DNA of 64,000 nucleotides from a virus. The notes beneath the pieces were generated by a model, which made no database searches, was not told where the DNA came from, and saw only the letters and a program-made list of their open reading frames with translations. Positions within the stretch are counted from its first letter, which is position 1, and each line of letters starts with the position of its first letter. The stretch is taken from the IMG/VR virus record IMGVR_UViG_3300043470_000815, one strand, 5' to 3'. Shown piece by piece: positions 46,437 to 55,799 of the stretch. Made by a program: the position numbers and the translations under genes.

Positions 46437-47151
46437 GATTTTTATTTTTCAATTCTCTTGAAATCCACTGTAATGCAATTGGATTTTGGGGTGGTGAAGT
46501 TAAAAATTTATTAATAGTTTTATGTACATTTGCATCAATAGGCGTACTGTCATTGTTATCGACAATAGTCATTTTATTGCTAAACATTGACTGGAATTTA
46601 CCCAAATTATTTTGAACTTCCTGCCACGATTTTACTACCACTGGTTCGGGAACAACTCGGTCACGTTTTAAATTACGTTGTTTAGCAATTTCCAGTGATG
46701 TATTTACAAATATTAAATAACAATCATAACCAATATCTTCTAATATCTTTTTTTGTGCGTTGATTTTATCGGCATTTTTACCAGTACCATCAATCAAAAT
46801 TCCAAGACGGTTTTCGGTAAATTTATTTTGCATATAATCAGTGGTTTTCTTCGCACCCTCCCGACCCGGATTAATCACTTTGTCGTAGGTATCCCTGTCA
46901 GTTTGGAATATAGAATCTAATTCAGATGTTTTGATATTGTTGGTCTTTAAAAATTTTTCAAAAGCAATATCGGAATTTATTAATTTTATACCTTGACTTG
47001 AAAATTTATTTAAACTATTCAGACCGAATAATTTATTTACCACGTATCCTTTACCCGACCCGGGGCCTCCAGCGATAAAAATGGCTTTGAAAATTCCCGG
47101 ATCGTAAACGCCCTCGGTTAATACTTCTTGTAAAATGTGTTTTAGTTTCAT
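46417..47151 (-). CDS. Zeta-toxin/AAA_33-like P-loop kinase with MKLKHILQEVLTE leader
   Basis: IFIAGGPGSGKG Walker A, LINSD, ILIDGTG, RNLKRDRVVP lid. Confidence 0.75.
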   Translation of the reverse strand: MKLKHILQEVLTEGVYDPGIFKAIFIAGGPGSGKGYVVNKLFGLNSLNKFSSQGIKLINSDIAFEKFLKTNNIKTSELDSIFQTDRDTYDKVINPGREGAKKTTDYMQNKFTENRLGILIDGTGKNADKINAQKKILEDIGYDCYLIFVNTSLEIAKQRNLKRDRVVPEPVVVKSWQEVQNNLGKFQSMFSNKMTIVDNNDSTPIDANVHKTINKFLTSPPQNPIALQWISRELKNKNRASNNK

Positions 47152-47153
47152 AT

Positions 47154-47208
47154 ATAAAATATTCTATTTTATTTTGTTAATTAAATCTGCGATTTAATAG
47201 GTTAATAA
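47154..47208. repeat. Two palindromic elements (B: 47154-47173; A: 47180-47198)
   Basis: A (ATTAAATC-TGC-GATTTAAT plus AGGTTAATAA) recurs exactly at 59787-59815. B (ATAAAATA-TTC-TATTTTAT) recurs at 57804-57823 and inverted at 59811-59831. Confidence 0.85.
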
Positions 47209-47259
47209 TTTTTAATTTATTTTAAGGTTGGGTTGGAATCTATTACAGTAATATAATAT

Positions 47260-48342
47260 TTAATATTTAGTAATCCTAAATTCGTGTTTATTGTCGAAAA
47301 ATAATACCGAACCGTCATTATAAATAGCCTTGACTACAATTTTATAATATCGTTCAGGCATCAGTGATGAACAATCCAACCTAACAAAGTTTCCATTTAG
47401 ATCGCAATTAACACGTGTTCCCAATTCATTAAACGGAATAATTACATCGGACGTAACAACATCTTGTATTTGATAAAAACTATTTACAGGTAAACGTTTT
47501 TCAATTAAATAATTTGATGATGTTGAATATGTTTGTGTTGGATAAAACTGGCGGGTTGCCATGCGTAACACCGCAACTTCATTTTGTCCGTAAATATCTT
47601 TTAAATTTTTAAAATATAAAACAGTATCATCGGACGACGTTTCGGTAAATGAACCCGTACCAACCAAACTAGAATCATTCCAAAAAATTTCAAGTCTTGG
47701 AATATAAATTGTATGCGAATATCTACTAAAAAATTGTAATTTTCCTAATGTTTCTAAACTTGTTTCGTCTGAATCTTTATATTTTAAAATAAATCCATCG
47801 TTCGGAATTGAACCCGACAACCAAGTATGTAAAATATTAGTAACATCCATTCTAACATCGGGTGGATCGTTGTCAAAGGATTGGCTGGCAACTACATTTG
47901 TGTACCAATTTCCACCACCCGTTAATGAACCAGTTGTATTTGCATTGTAACTCCCTGTTAACCAACGTGTTCCAACCAATTTAGATGTTTTATAGTTCCA
48001 AGAAACGCCCGATGTAAATGGTGGATTAGAATTGAAAAATCCAGTTCCCGTTGTAACAGACCCACTTAAAGGATATGCAAATAAACTATATTGGGTTGGA
48101 CTATTATTGACATCCGTTGCTCTTAACGACAAAAACGATTGAAAAGTATTTTGCCCAATTAAAGATTGAATAGTTGATATATCAAATTTAATTAAAATTC
48201 GCGAATTAAATGTACCATCTACAATGTCACTTGTACCTTCTTTTATTGGCCATAATTCCAATATCTCATCTACTGACGTATTTTGGTCAGGATATAATTC
48301 GTAAATTGTGTGGTTGGATGAAGGAAATAAGGCTTTATACAT
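47260..48342 (-). CDS. Virion protein (DNRLRE/carbohydrate-binding-like)
   Basis: RILIKFDISTI, DVRMDVTNIL..W, NDGFILK, YIPRLEI pattern. Confidence 0.55.
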   Translation of the reverse strand: MYKALFPSSNHTIYELYPDQNTSVDEILELWPIKEGTSDIVDGTFNSRILIKFDISTIQSLIGQNTFQSFLSLRATDVNNSPTQYSLFAYPLSGSVTTGTGFFNSNPPFTSGVSWNYKTSKLVGTRWLTGSYNANTTGSLTGGGNWYTNVVASQSFDNDPPDVRMDVTNILHTWLSGSIPNDGFILKYKDSDETSLETLGKLQFFSRYSHTIYIPRLEIFWNDSSLVGTGSFTETSSDDTVLYFKNLKDIYGQNEVAVLRMATRQFYPTQTYSTSSNYLIEKRLPVNSFYQIQDVVTSDVIIPFNELGTRVNCDLNGNFVRLDCSSLMPERYYKIVVKAIYNDGSVLFFDNKHEFRITKY

Positions 48343-48362
48343 ATATTTTTAAAAATAACTGG

Positions 48363-50222
48363 TTAATTCTGTGCAATTCTAACACGAATATCTTTTTTTA
48401 AATATTTAATTTCAAAAATGCTCGGTGACACTGATGGGAAAATCACACCATTAACAATCGCGTTTTCAATTGGATAAACGTTCGGCGAATAACCTTGACT
48501 TGTATCAACTAAATTTCCAAAGTTTATCGACATAACAGTTTCAACACCTTCCACCCGATCAAGTTCTGTACGAATTTTAGATATAATAATAGGCTCATTT
48601 ATTCCCATATTTTCGGGTTTAAACATTTCTACCAACCGATCCAAACATCTTAAAATAACTTCATTTGAGTTGGTATTTGGACGTGACATTATTTCAACGT
48701 CAATTGAAATATTTATTATATAAGGATTTTTGATGTTAATCGCATCAGTCAACATTCGATATTGCGATAGAAATTGTATAATATTATTTTTCATAATATC
48801 ATTACATTCTACAAAGTTTTTATTTTTATCATAAGCAAGCACATATAAATTTAATGCGTATGGATTTGGAACACGATCCCCCAACCAATTTCCAATTTGC
48901 GTATCTTGTTCAACAAATACTTTAGCAACCGCACCATATTTGGACGGCATAGAATAAACACGTAAAATATAATCATCACGTGTCACATTTCGATTTTGTG
49001 CGGCGAAGTTAGCCATTGCCTCCTGACGGATAACATCAACATCTTTTCTATTTTGTCCACCCCATGCAGGTAATGGATTATTTACAGCCAATGAATTTTT
49101 TATTGTTTCCAATACAACGGAATCGGTTGAATCGGCTGGATTTGTAATATCAGATTGAACAATTTTAGTAATTGTATTTGGTAATACATTGTCAGTCAAT
49201 CCATTAGCAATTGAATATCGAACGGTTAATGTTGTATTGGTTGGTGCTGTACCGTATGTTTTTGTAAATAAAAAATTGGATGGATCAATGGAAAGGTTTA
49301 CAGTTCGTTCAAAATAATTTAAACCTAAACCAACATTCATCGGGTTTGGAATAATTTCTTCGTCGGATTCGGAACTTAAACCAGCACCAAATTGAATTTC
49401 CGTATAGTTATCTTTTCTAAGTCGTGTAACATAACGAAATTCCGTTTGCTTATAACACAAAACAAAGGGTGTTTGTTGTGACGTGTCGGTATTACGAATT
49501 GATAATGGAATAGTATCTTGTGACAAATAATTTACTTCGTACCATTTATTATTATCATTGTCGTAAATATCAACAATTTCAGTTACATTTTCATTGCGTA
49601 TAACAATCTTGTCATAAGGTTTTGGTTCGGTGAAATCAAATGTTTCTGTAAATAATTCACCACTAACAGCCTTTACTTTTTTCTTTAATAAATAATATTC
49701 AATTACACCATCATTTGTTACAGAATAAACCGTTACCGTGGTTGGATCATACGATGAACTAAAACGAAAATCTATTGAATCTATTGTCCTAAATCGAACG
49801 CTGTTCATTTCGTCCGTTTCCACTACCATATTGGCGTTTAAATATAACGCATATCTAAAATCGGGCTTGGTGTTCACACCGTCACCAATCGACGGAATAA
49901 GTTGAAATACGTCTAATTCTACACTGGCTGGAGTAATTGTTTTTGGCTTGTAACCATGTGCCTGACCAATGTTATATAAATTTATTCTTTCATCAGCCGT
50001 ATATAATAAACTTTCCTGCAAACTAATATTTGAACCATAACTTAACCAATCACTTACCGCTGCCGACATTTCAATCATCATTGTGGCTGGATCGGTTTCA
50101 TTTCCATCTACCAGTTGGTTTGGAAAATAGTTTTTGGCATAGTTAAATAAGGCTTTACGTGCTTCCGCAAAATCTAAATTATTATATTGAATTGCTCGAT
50201 TAAATTTATCTATATTTGGCAT
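48363..50222 (-). CDS. g6: Baseplate wedge subunit (gp6/baseplate J-like)
   Basis: LDFAEARKAL..Y, DP..MMIE, QNRNVTRDDY...YGAVAKV. Confidence 0.85.
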   Translation of the reverse strand: MPNIDKFNRAIQYNNLDFAEARKALFNYAKNYFPNQLVDGNETDPATMMIEMSAAVSDWLSYGSNISLQESLLYTADERINLYNIGQAHGYKPKTITPASVELDVFQLIPSIGDGVNTKPDFRYALYLNANMVVETDEMNSVRFRTIDSIDFRFSSSYDPTTVTVYSVTNDGVIEYYLLKKKVKAVSGELFTETFDFTEPKPYDKIVIRNENVTEIVDIYDNDNNKWYEVNYLSQDTIPLSIRNTDTSQQTPFVLCYKQTEFRYVTRLRKDNYTEIQFGAGLSSESDEEIIPNPMNVGLGLNYFERTVNLSIDPSNFLFTKTYGTAPTNTTLTVRYSIANGLTDNVLPNTITKIVQSDITNPADSTDSVVLETIKNSLAVNNPLPAWGGQNRKDVDVIRQEAMANFAAQNRNVTRDDYILRVYSMPSKYGAVAKVFVEQDTQIGNWLGDRVPNPYALNLYVLAYDKNKNFVECNDIMKNNIIQFLSQYRMLTDAINIKNPYIINISIDVEIMSRPNTNSNEVILRCLDRLVEMFKPENMGINEPIIISKIRTELDRVEGVETVMSINFGNLVDTSQGYSPNVYPIENAIVNGVIFPSVSPSIFEIKYLKKDIRVRIAQN

Positions 50223-50226
50223 TTAG

Positions 50227-50676
50227 TTACTCGACATTTGCGGTCACTTGACCTTGACGCTGAAAGATGGTTATTGTTTTATTTGCATTACTATTTCCAA
50301 CGCTAAATGTAATTACGATTTGTATTGCTTGTTCAGGATCGGAATTAAGACCGGGGAGGTTGGCACGTTGACGAACATCAATCTTATGATTAATTATATA
50401 TGGCAACCAATAATCACATTGTGATCTTATTGCAAATTCAATGTCGTTTCGTACTTTATCGGAATTAGGCTCAAATAAAAATTCTTGAATGCCTATTCCA
50501 AAATTATATAAATAATATCGTTCACCACGACGCGTTAATAATAAATTTATATAATTTGATATTGCTTGTTCTTCCGTCGTTTGTGATGTATTGAAAAACG
50601 ACCTGCCGGGATTTCCATTACTCGGTAGGCGGATTCCGATAGTTTGGTTGTTGTCGTTAGGGTATCGTTTTATCAT
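50227..50676 (-). CDS. g25: Baseplate wedge gp25-like protein
   Basis: NLLLTRRGERY....FGIGI..FLFEP...WLPYI. Confidence 0.85.
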   Translation of the reverse strand: MIKRYPNDNNQTIGIRLPSNGNPGRSFFNTSQTTEEQAISNYINLLLTRRGERYYLYNFGIGIQEFLFEPNSDKVRNDIEFAIRSQCDYWLPYIINHKIDVRQRANLPGLNSDPEQAIQIVITFSVGNSNANKTITIFQRQGQVTANVE

Positions 50677-50680
50677 TCAA

Positions 50681-51163
50681 TTATCCAATATCATTTAACC
50701 AAGATAAATCTTCTTCCTGTGAAAGTTGTACTTGGGGGCGTGGTGAATTATTCATTTTTTTAACCACTGATGAATAATCTTTGTTTAAAATATCCAATGT
50801 TTTTTGTACATTTTCGTTTGCAAGATTTACCGATGCTTCGGGATTTCCTGAAAACGTTGAAATCATTTGTTGATTTGACAACGGTTTATTTGTTTGTTTA
50901 TCGGGAACAAAATCAAACATAACATCATCTTCACGTGGTATTTGGGTAGATGACAACAATTCATTTAACATTGGATTAGATGAATATGTTTTTTGTACTG
51001 GTTTTTTATTAGAACGAACCTGCCTAAGAAATGCCCGTTCAGGTGTTTCATTAAGTGTTTGACCCGATGAATTTTTCAGTTCACTTATAATTTGTGGAAT
51101 TAAACGCTTCACTTCTTTAGCGACCATTAACTCCACCAACCTTTTTATTTTTTCACTTGTCAT
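50681..51163 (-). CDS. Hypothetical late protein (IKRLVELMVAKEV leader-like)
   Basis: 160 aa ORF in the baseplate operon. Confidence 0.45.
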   Translation of the reverse strand: MTSEKIKRLVELMVAKEVKRLIPQIISELKNSSGQTLNETPERAFLRQVRSNKKPVQKTYSSNPMLNELLSSTQIPREDDVMFDFVPDKQTNKPLSNQQMISTFSGNPEASVNLANENVQKTLDILNKDYSSVVKKMNNSPRPQVQLSQEEDLSWLNDIG

Positions 51164-51164
51164 T

Positions 51165-52220
51165 TTAAGGTAATTTAAATTTTTGGAAATCGGCTGTTTT
51201 TAGTTTTGTTACTTGTGCAACGTGGGTGGTTGGGCCAGTTGGGCCTGCGGCAGAAGATGCGGGGGACTGACCGGAACAAAATTCGGCGAAAAAATCAACA
51301 TGTGCCTTAATATAATCTATCAAATCATCCAAGTTCACTTTATATTTATCTGACTGTAATATTACTTCTTTTCCCGTGACAATAACTTGCTCTTTCCCAA
51401 CCAACAAAAGTTTTTCTTTTAAAGCATTGATTACAACACGACCACTGTTTATAACTATCTGTGATGTGTTAGAAAATGTTCCTATTTGTTTAACGGTTAA
51501 ATTTTTATCAAATCCACCCTTGAGTTTAGGTAATTTTTGGGTTGACGTTAAATAAATACTTGATTCGTCCGTTTCAATATCTTCTACTTCATATTTGTTT
51601 GTACTTTGGTTTCCTGTTGGGACTTGTACAGCACCATTGGTAGATTTATTTATCCGTAAAATCATTAATGGGTCGTTTTTAGTCGTCCCTTTCCATGATG
51701 CTTTCTTTTCATAAATAGAATCATTACCCATTATGGTAGATGTGAATCTGATACTTTGACCCGTTCTCCCTTCAAAAATATCATCACCTTCAAACGGCTG
51801 TAATGGAAAAACACGTTTCGGATCGGTGAATGTTTTTGTCCATTTTTCTTTATCATAATCCCTTTGACCACTGTTACCCGCACCCGTATTATTTGAACGC
51901 TTGAACAAATTTGGAAATACGTGGAACGTTAAGTCATCGGTTGAATTAATAGGACATAAATAATAATATCCAATATTTTTTGTATTACTGTTTGACCAAT
52001 CGTTGGACGGTGCTGAAACGACTAAAACGAGTTCACCGATTAACGGGACTCGTTTGTTATAATGTAAAGGTCTTGCAAATACCGACCTAATTTGTCCGAG
52101 GTTGGATTGAAAACTACCAAGTTTTACTTCAATAGAACCCAACGGTAACGGATTGCCGTCGTTGTCTTTTTGACCCGATTTAAAGGCTTTTGTGTTATCT
52201 ACTACTTCAACTGCAAACAT
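51165..52220 (-). CDS. Baseplate hub/spike protein (gp5-like)
   Basis: N-terminal OB-like VPLIGELVLVV, FEGDDIFEGRTGQSIRF, beta-repeat QIVINSGRVVINA; precedes gp25. Confidence 0.65.
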   Translation of the reverse strand: MFAVEVVDNTKAFKSGQKDNDGNPLPLGSIEVKLGSFQSNLGQIRSVFARPLHYNKRVPLIGELVLVVSAPSNDWSNSNTKNIGYYYLCPINSTDDLTFHVFPNLFKRSNNTGAGNSGQRDYDKEKWTKTFTDPKRVFPLQPFEGDDIFEGRTGQSIRFTSTIMGNDSIYEKKASWKGTTKNDPLMILRINKSTNGAVQVPTGNQSTNKYEVEDIETDESSIYLTSTQKLPKLKGGFDKNLTVKQIGTFSNTSQIVINSGRVVINALKEKLLLVGKEQVIVTGKEVILQSDKYKVNLDDLIDYIKAHVDFFAEFCSGQSPASSAAGPTGPTTHVAQVTKLKTADFQKFKLP

Positions 52221-52567
52221 TATTTACTTTCACTTGGTGCATGATTTTCTACTACTTGTTTGGCTTTAGACATTAGTTGTTTAAATTCATCATTCGACAA
52301 TTCAAACATACTGTCTTCATTATCAGATTTTTTAGCCGTTGATTTTACAACCAAAGCGGCCAATTTTACTAACGCATCATCATTGTTGATTGCTACCTGT
52401 TGTAACTTCGTTATTTCGGGTAATAAGTTCACAGCCGCACTTATATCCGTGACAAAATCGGTAGTTGTTTTCAATAACGCATCCAGTTTTTCTTTGCGAC
52501 TAACTGAATTTATATAAATTTCACCTAACAGGGCTTGTAGGTCAATTGGATTGCCAACTTTTTTCAT
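52220..52567 (-). CDS. Conserved hypothetical helical protein
   Basis: NDDALVKLAALV motif; lies between sigma and spike genes. Confidence 0.5.
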   Translation of the reverse strand: MKKVGNPIDLQALLGEIYINSVSRKEKLDALLKTTTDFVTDISAAVNLLPEITKLQQVAINNDDALVKLAALVVKSTAKKSDNEDSMFELSNDEFKQLMSKAKQVVENHAPSESK

Positions 52568-52569
52568 TT

Positions 52570-53289
52570 CTAGTCCTCACTTATTAAAAAATATTTCCAT
52601 TTTCGCGTATCTGAATTTTTAAATTCAATATACATTTCACTATGCAGAAATCTTAACTTATTTATAATTAGTGTGATATATTGGGTTTTAACATCTACTT
52701 GCTCACGAATCTGAATATACAATGCTTTTTTATTATAGTTATCAATCAGATGTGAATTTTTAAATAAATTGAAAATGGCTTCCGCAATTCGTTGATCCCG
52801 TTTTTTAGTAAATAAAATTTCAATATTTTCAATGCCCCACTCCGCCCATTTTCTGCAAAATTCATCTAACTCGGTTGTGTATTCATCACGCACCGATTCG
52901 GATAATAAATTTCTACGTTCATCAATTTCGGTTAATTTGACTTTTTGAAATTTCTTGGTTTCAATTTTCTTTTTATTTTGTATTAGAAAATTAATAGCAA
53001 TTCGATTGTAGTACGAAAATGCTTTACCTTTATCCTTTGTGTATTTAGATAATCGGTTGGTCAGGTAACATACACAATCCAACTTTGTATTAGTATAATT
53101 ATCATCACCATATTCATATAATTTACGATTATGAATAATATTTTCTACTAATTTATTCAAGGCAGGGTAGATTGTTTTCAAATATAGTTTATCCTTGTAC
53201 ACCGAATCTTCCAACCCATTGTATTCAATTATAGCGTTTTCCACTGGTTTTCCAAAATACATATCATTCTTCGTCATTGGTCTTTCCAC
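52570..53289 (-). CDS. g55: Late sigma factor (T4 gp55-like)
   Basis: LNKLVENII...LDCVCYL...SKYTKDKGKAFSYYNRIAINFLIQ resembles sigma region 2 of gp55. Confidence 0.7.
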   Translation of the reverse strand: MERPMTKNDMYFGKPVENAIIEYNGLEDSVYKDKLYLKTIYPALNKLVENIIHNRKLYEYGDDNYTNTKLDCVCYLTNRLSKYTKDKGKAFSYYNRIAINFLIQNKKKIETKKFQKVKLTEIDERRNLLSESVRDEYTTELDEFCRKWAEWGIENIEILFTKKRDQRIAEAIFNLFKNSHLIDNYNKKALYIQIREQVDVKTQYITLIINKLRFLHSEMYIEFKNSDTRKWKYFLISED

Positions 53290-53572
53290 CCAACTGTTTC
53301 ATTTTTAATACTAAATTATTTATTGCAGTCTGAATTACTTTAAACGCAAAACCCACATCATCATCAGATGAAAACGTTCCTTTACCGTCAATTTTATCCA
53401 TTTCAGTTTTGGCAGATACGAGTAGATATAATATCGCATCGTAATATTTTAAAAATTCTTCTTCTAAAATCAGACCTTTAGAAATTGCGTTTTCCAATGG
53501 TGTAATTTTACTATACAAATTATAGTTTATATATAAACTAATAATTAATAAACAGGTTACAATGTAGATCAT
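53264..53572 (-). CDS. Small protein with an N-terminal transmembrane segment
   Basis: MIYIVTCLLIISLYINY. Confidence 0.55.
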   Translation of the reverse strand: MIYIVTCLLIISLYINYNLYSKITPLENAISKGLILEEEFLKYYDAILYLLVSAKTEMDKIDGKGTFSSDDDVGFAFKVIQTAINNLVLKMKQLGGKTNDEE

Positions 53573-54309
53573 TTGTCGAAATCCTTGAAAATATCACCAA
53601 ATGGGTCGGTTGGTGTTTGTGCAATTGGGGCTTTATAGTTTGGTTGATAAAATTTGAATGCTGGTTTGGATGCTTGTACCCACCTTTCAAATTCAAATCG
53701 GGATGCTGCAAAATCAGCGTTATGTAAAATTTGATTTATGTTTGTCCTCGCACGTGTGTCAAGTTGACTACCAAAATAATACGCTTCATTTGCTTTATCA
53801 TAAATACCATCATGTGTTCGGATTGCTAAATATTCACTCCATGAAACTGGTACTTGATATTCTTGCAAGGTAAATAAACTTAAATCGGGAATCAGCATGA
53901 ATGGTTGGTTGGGATCATATGTATAAAGTTTACCCAAATTATCCCTATGCCATTTAGATGGATTTAGTTGATATGGATTATATTCACCAGTCATACCAAC
54001 CTTCCCAAGATCGTGGTGATATGCTGCGAATAGTAACTCATTCAATGTAAAGTTATCTATTTTTAATCCACGTGATTTCCAATGTTCGTATTCAATTTCC
54101 GCAAATTCCGCTACCCTCAAAACATGGTCAACATATCCGCCTGTAAACGCATTATGGTAATGTTCATTTCCACTGGCTGGTAATGTTACAATACGGTCTT
54201 CAAAATAGTCATACATATTGTTTAGATTGACTATTCGATCAGGAAACAATTTGTTTATGTTATCCCTGAATTTTTTATAATTGTTGTTTATTTCTTTTAC
54301 AGATAGCAT
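53569..54309 (-). CDS. HD-domain phosphohydrolase
   Basis: YHNAFTGGYVDHVLRV, YHHDLGK, HDG, HNAD. Confidence 0.85.
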   Translation of the reverse strand: MLSVKEINNNYKKFRDNINKLFPDRIVNLNNMYDYFEDRIVTLPASGNEHYHNAFTGGYVDHVLRVAEFAEIEYEHWKSRGLKIDNFTLNELLFAAYHHDLGKVGMTGEYNPYQLNPSKWHRDNLGKLYTYDPNQPFMLIPDLSLFTLQEYQVPVSWSEYLAIRTHDGIYDKANEAYYFGSQLDTRARTNINQILHNADFAASRFEFERWVQASKPAFKFYQPNYKAPIAQTPTDPFGDIFKDFDK

Positions 54310-54324
54310 TTCTTAAATTTATTT

Positions 54325-54912
54325 TTATCCACCAAACCCATTTGATCGGGTAGATGTTGAACCAAATCCACTTGATGGTTTGGATGGTGTGTAATTAGTT
54401 TTTGATGTAGTAAACCCTTTACTTTGATTATAAGTCGGTTTTGGTGTATTCGTTTGAATAGGAGCAGTTTTTACATTATTAAACCCGTTGGAAGGTTTGT
54501 TTGTGTTCCTACTTTGGTTGTATTTTATACGATCTGAAATTGGTTGATTAACATCGGACTTCGTACCATAATAATTATTTACAACTGTATTTGTCGTTGT
54601 TCGGTAATTTCGTTGACGATCATTCCAATCATTGTCGTTATAATGTTGGTTGCGATAATTGTAAACATTATTCATTCCACCAGCCATGTTCATTAACGAT
54701 TGGAACATCATTAGTTCCATGAAAAATTCCGCACCCGAATGGTCTTTAACGACGACAACTTGACTCCCACCCGGTTGTGTAACGATTTGATGTGTTCCAT
54801 GATCTTGAATTGGGACTGGTTGGGGGGATGAATGACAATTTGATAGTATTAATACAACTGTTAAAAGTGATATTTTGTTCATATTATTAATTAGGCAATA
54901 ACTTAGGTACAC
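54325..54912 (-). CDS. Putative lipoprotein with a low-complexity tail
   Basis: MNKISLLTVVLILSN-C lipobox-like signal; repeated KPSNGF/SKGF/SSGF/SNGF tail. Confidence 0.6.
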   Translation of the reverse strand: MYLSYCLINNMNKISLLTVVLILSNCHSSPQPVPIQDHGTHQIVTQPGGSQVVVVKDHSGAEFFMELMMFQSLMNMAGGMNNVYNYRNQHYNDNDWNDRQRNYRTTTNTVVNNYYGTKSDVNQPISDRIKYNQSRNTNKPSNGFNNVKTAPIQTNTPKPTYNQSKGFTTSKTNYTPSKPSSGFGSTSTRSNGFGG

Positions 54913-55108
54913 CTACAAAATGCACCTGTGAAATTAAAAAATCTTGTGAAGTTACATAAGCATTTTCACCTTTTTCTTGGGCGGTGTAAAAACTTACAGT
55001 AACGGTGCTAGTTGTTATTTGGGAAACGTAACCCAACAACCCAATGTATTCAATATCAGCGATTGTATCCTGAATTTGAACAACATCATTTAATGATAAT
55101 GTGTGCAT
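54887..55108 (-). CDS. Small SH3/KOW-like hypothetical protein
   Basis: LNDVVQI...YIGLLGYVSQI...VTVSF. Confidence 0.4.
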   Translation of the reverse strand: MHTLSLNDVVQIQDTIADIEYIGLLGYVSQITTSTVTVSFYTAQEKGENAYVTSQDFLISQVHFVGVPKLLPN

Positions 55109-55219
55109 AAGATGTAAAAAATTAATGATAAATAAATAATTGTTACGATAATTGAAATTATAATTCCAGTTAATAGATATAATTCAATTTTATTTTTTAA
55201 AAGTCGTCGTAAATAAACT

Positions 55220-55714
55220 CTAAAACGTTTCATATTCTATATTCAACATATTTAATTCTGTTATCGGTAAATATGCCAAACCATAACGATGATATGTTGA
55301 AATAAACCTTTCGATAAATTTATTTAACAAACGATCATTCATTTCTTTAACAACTGATAAAATCCGATGTAGTTTTTGGGCATCATACACAATTCTAATA
55401 GTAGATGATAAAAATACTGATTTATGTTCAAGTAAATTTAAAAATTCTAAGTGAAAATGTCCACGATAATAAATTTGACAATTTTCATTTATTAAAAATT
55501 TGTTTTTTAGATATGTGATAAAATCACTATAATCTTGTTCCAAATCAGTATCACCAACCATGAATAAAATAACCGATTGGTTTTCCGCGACAGTTTCCAT
55601 TTTGTCACGAACCGTTGCGATTAATTGCAACGATGTTAATTTTTTTGCAAGATCAATATCAATTAATACTTGTGTACTGGTTGTTGATGATGGTTCATCG
55701 TAAATGTTTATCAT
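55220..55714 (-). CDS. Hypothetical protein, possibly a degenerate ClpP-fold protein
   Basis: Start taken at ATG 55714. Strand/helix pattern resembles ClpP but the catalytic Ser/His are not seen. Confidence 0.35.
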   Translation of the reverse strand: MINIYDEPSSTTSTQVLIDIDLAKKLTSLQLIATVRDKMETVAENQSVILFMVGDTDLEQDYSDFITYLKNKFLINENCQIYYRGHFHLEFLNLLEHKSVFLSSTIRIVYDAQKLHRILSVVKEMNDRLLNKFIERFISTYHRYGLAYLPITELNMLNIEYETF

Positions 55715-55799
55715 AAAGAATTGTTTTTGTACCACTTAACACGCTGTTCACGTGACATATTTCGTAATTGGCTACTGGTTAATTGTTGGGGCGTTTCGA

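Noticed and set aside
55151-55188. Imperfect AT-only inverted repeat in an intergenic gap
   Set aside because: Expected by chance at this base composition; single copy.
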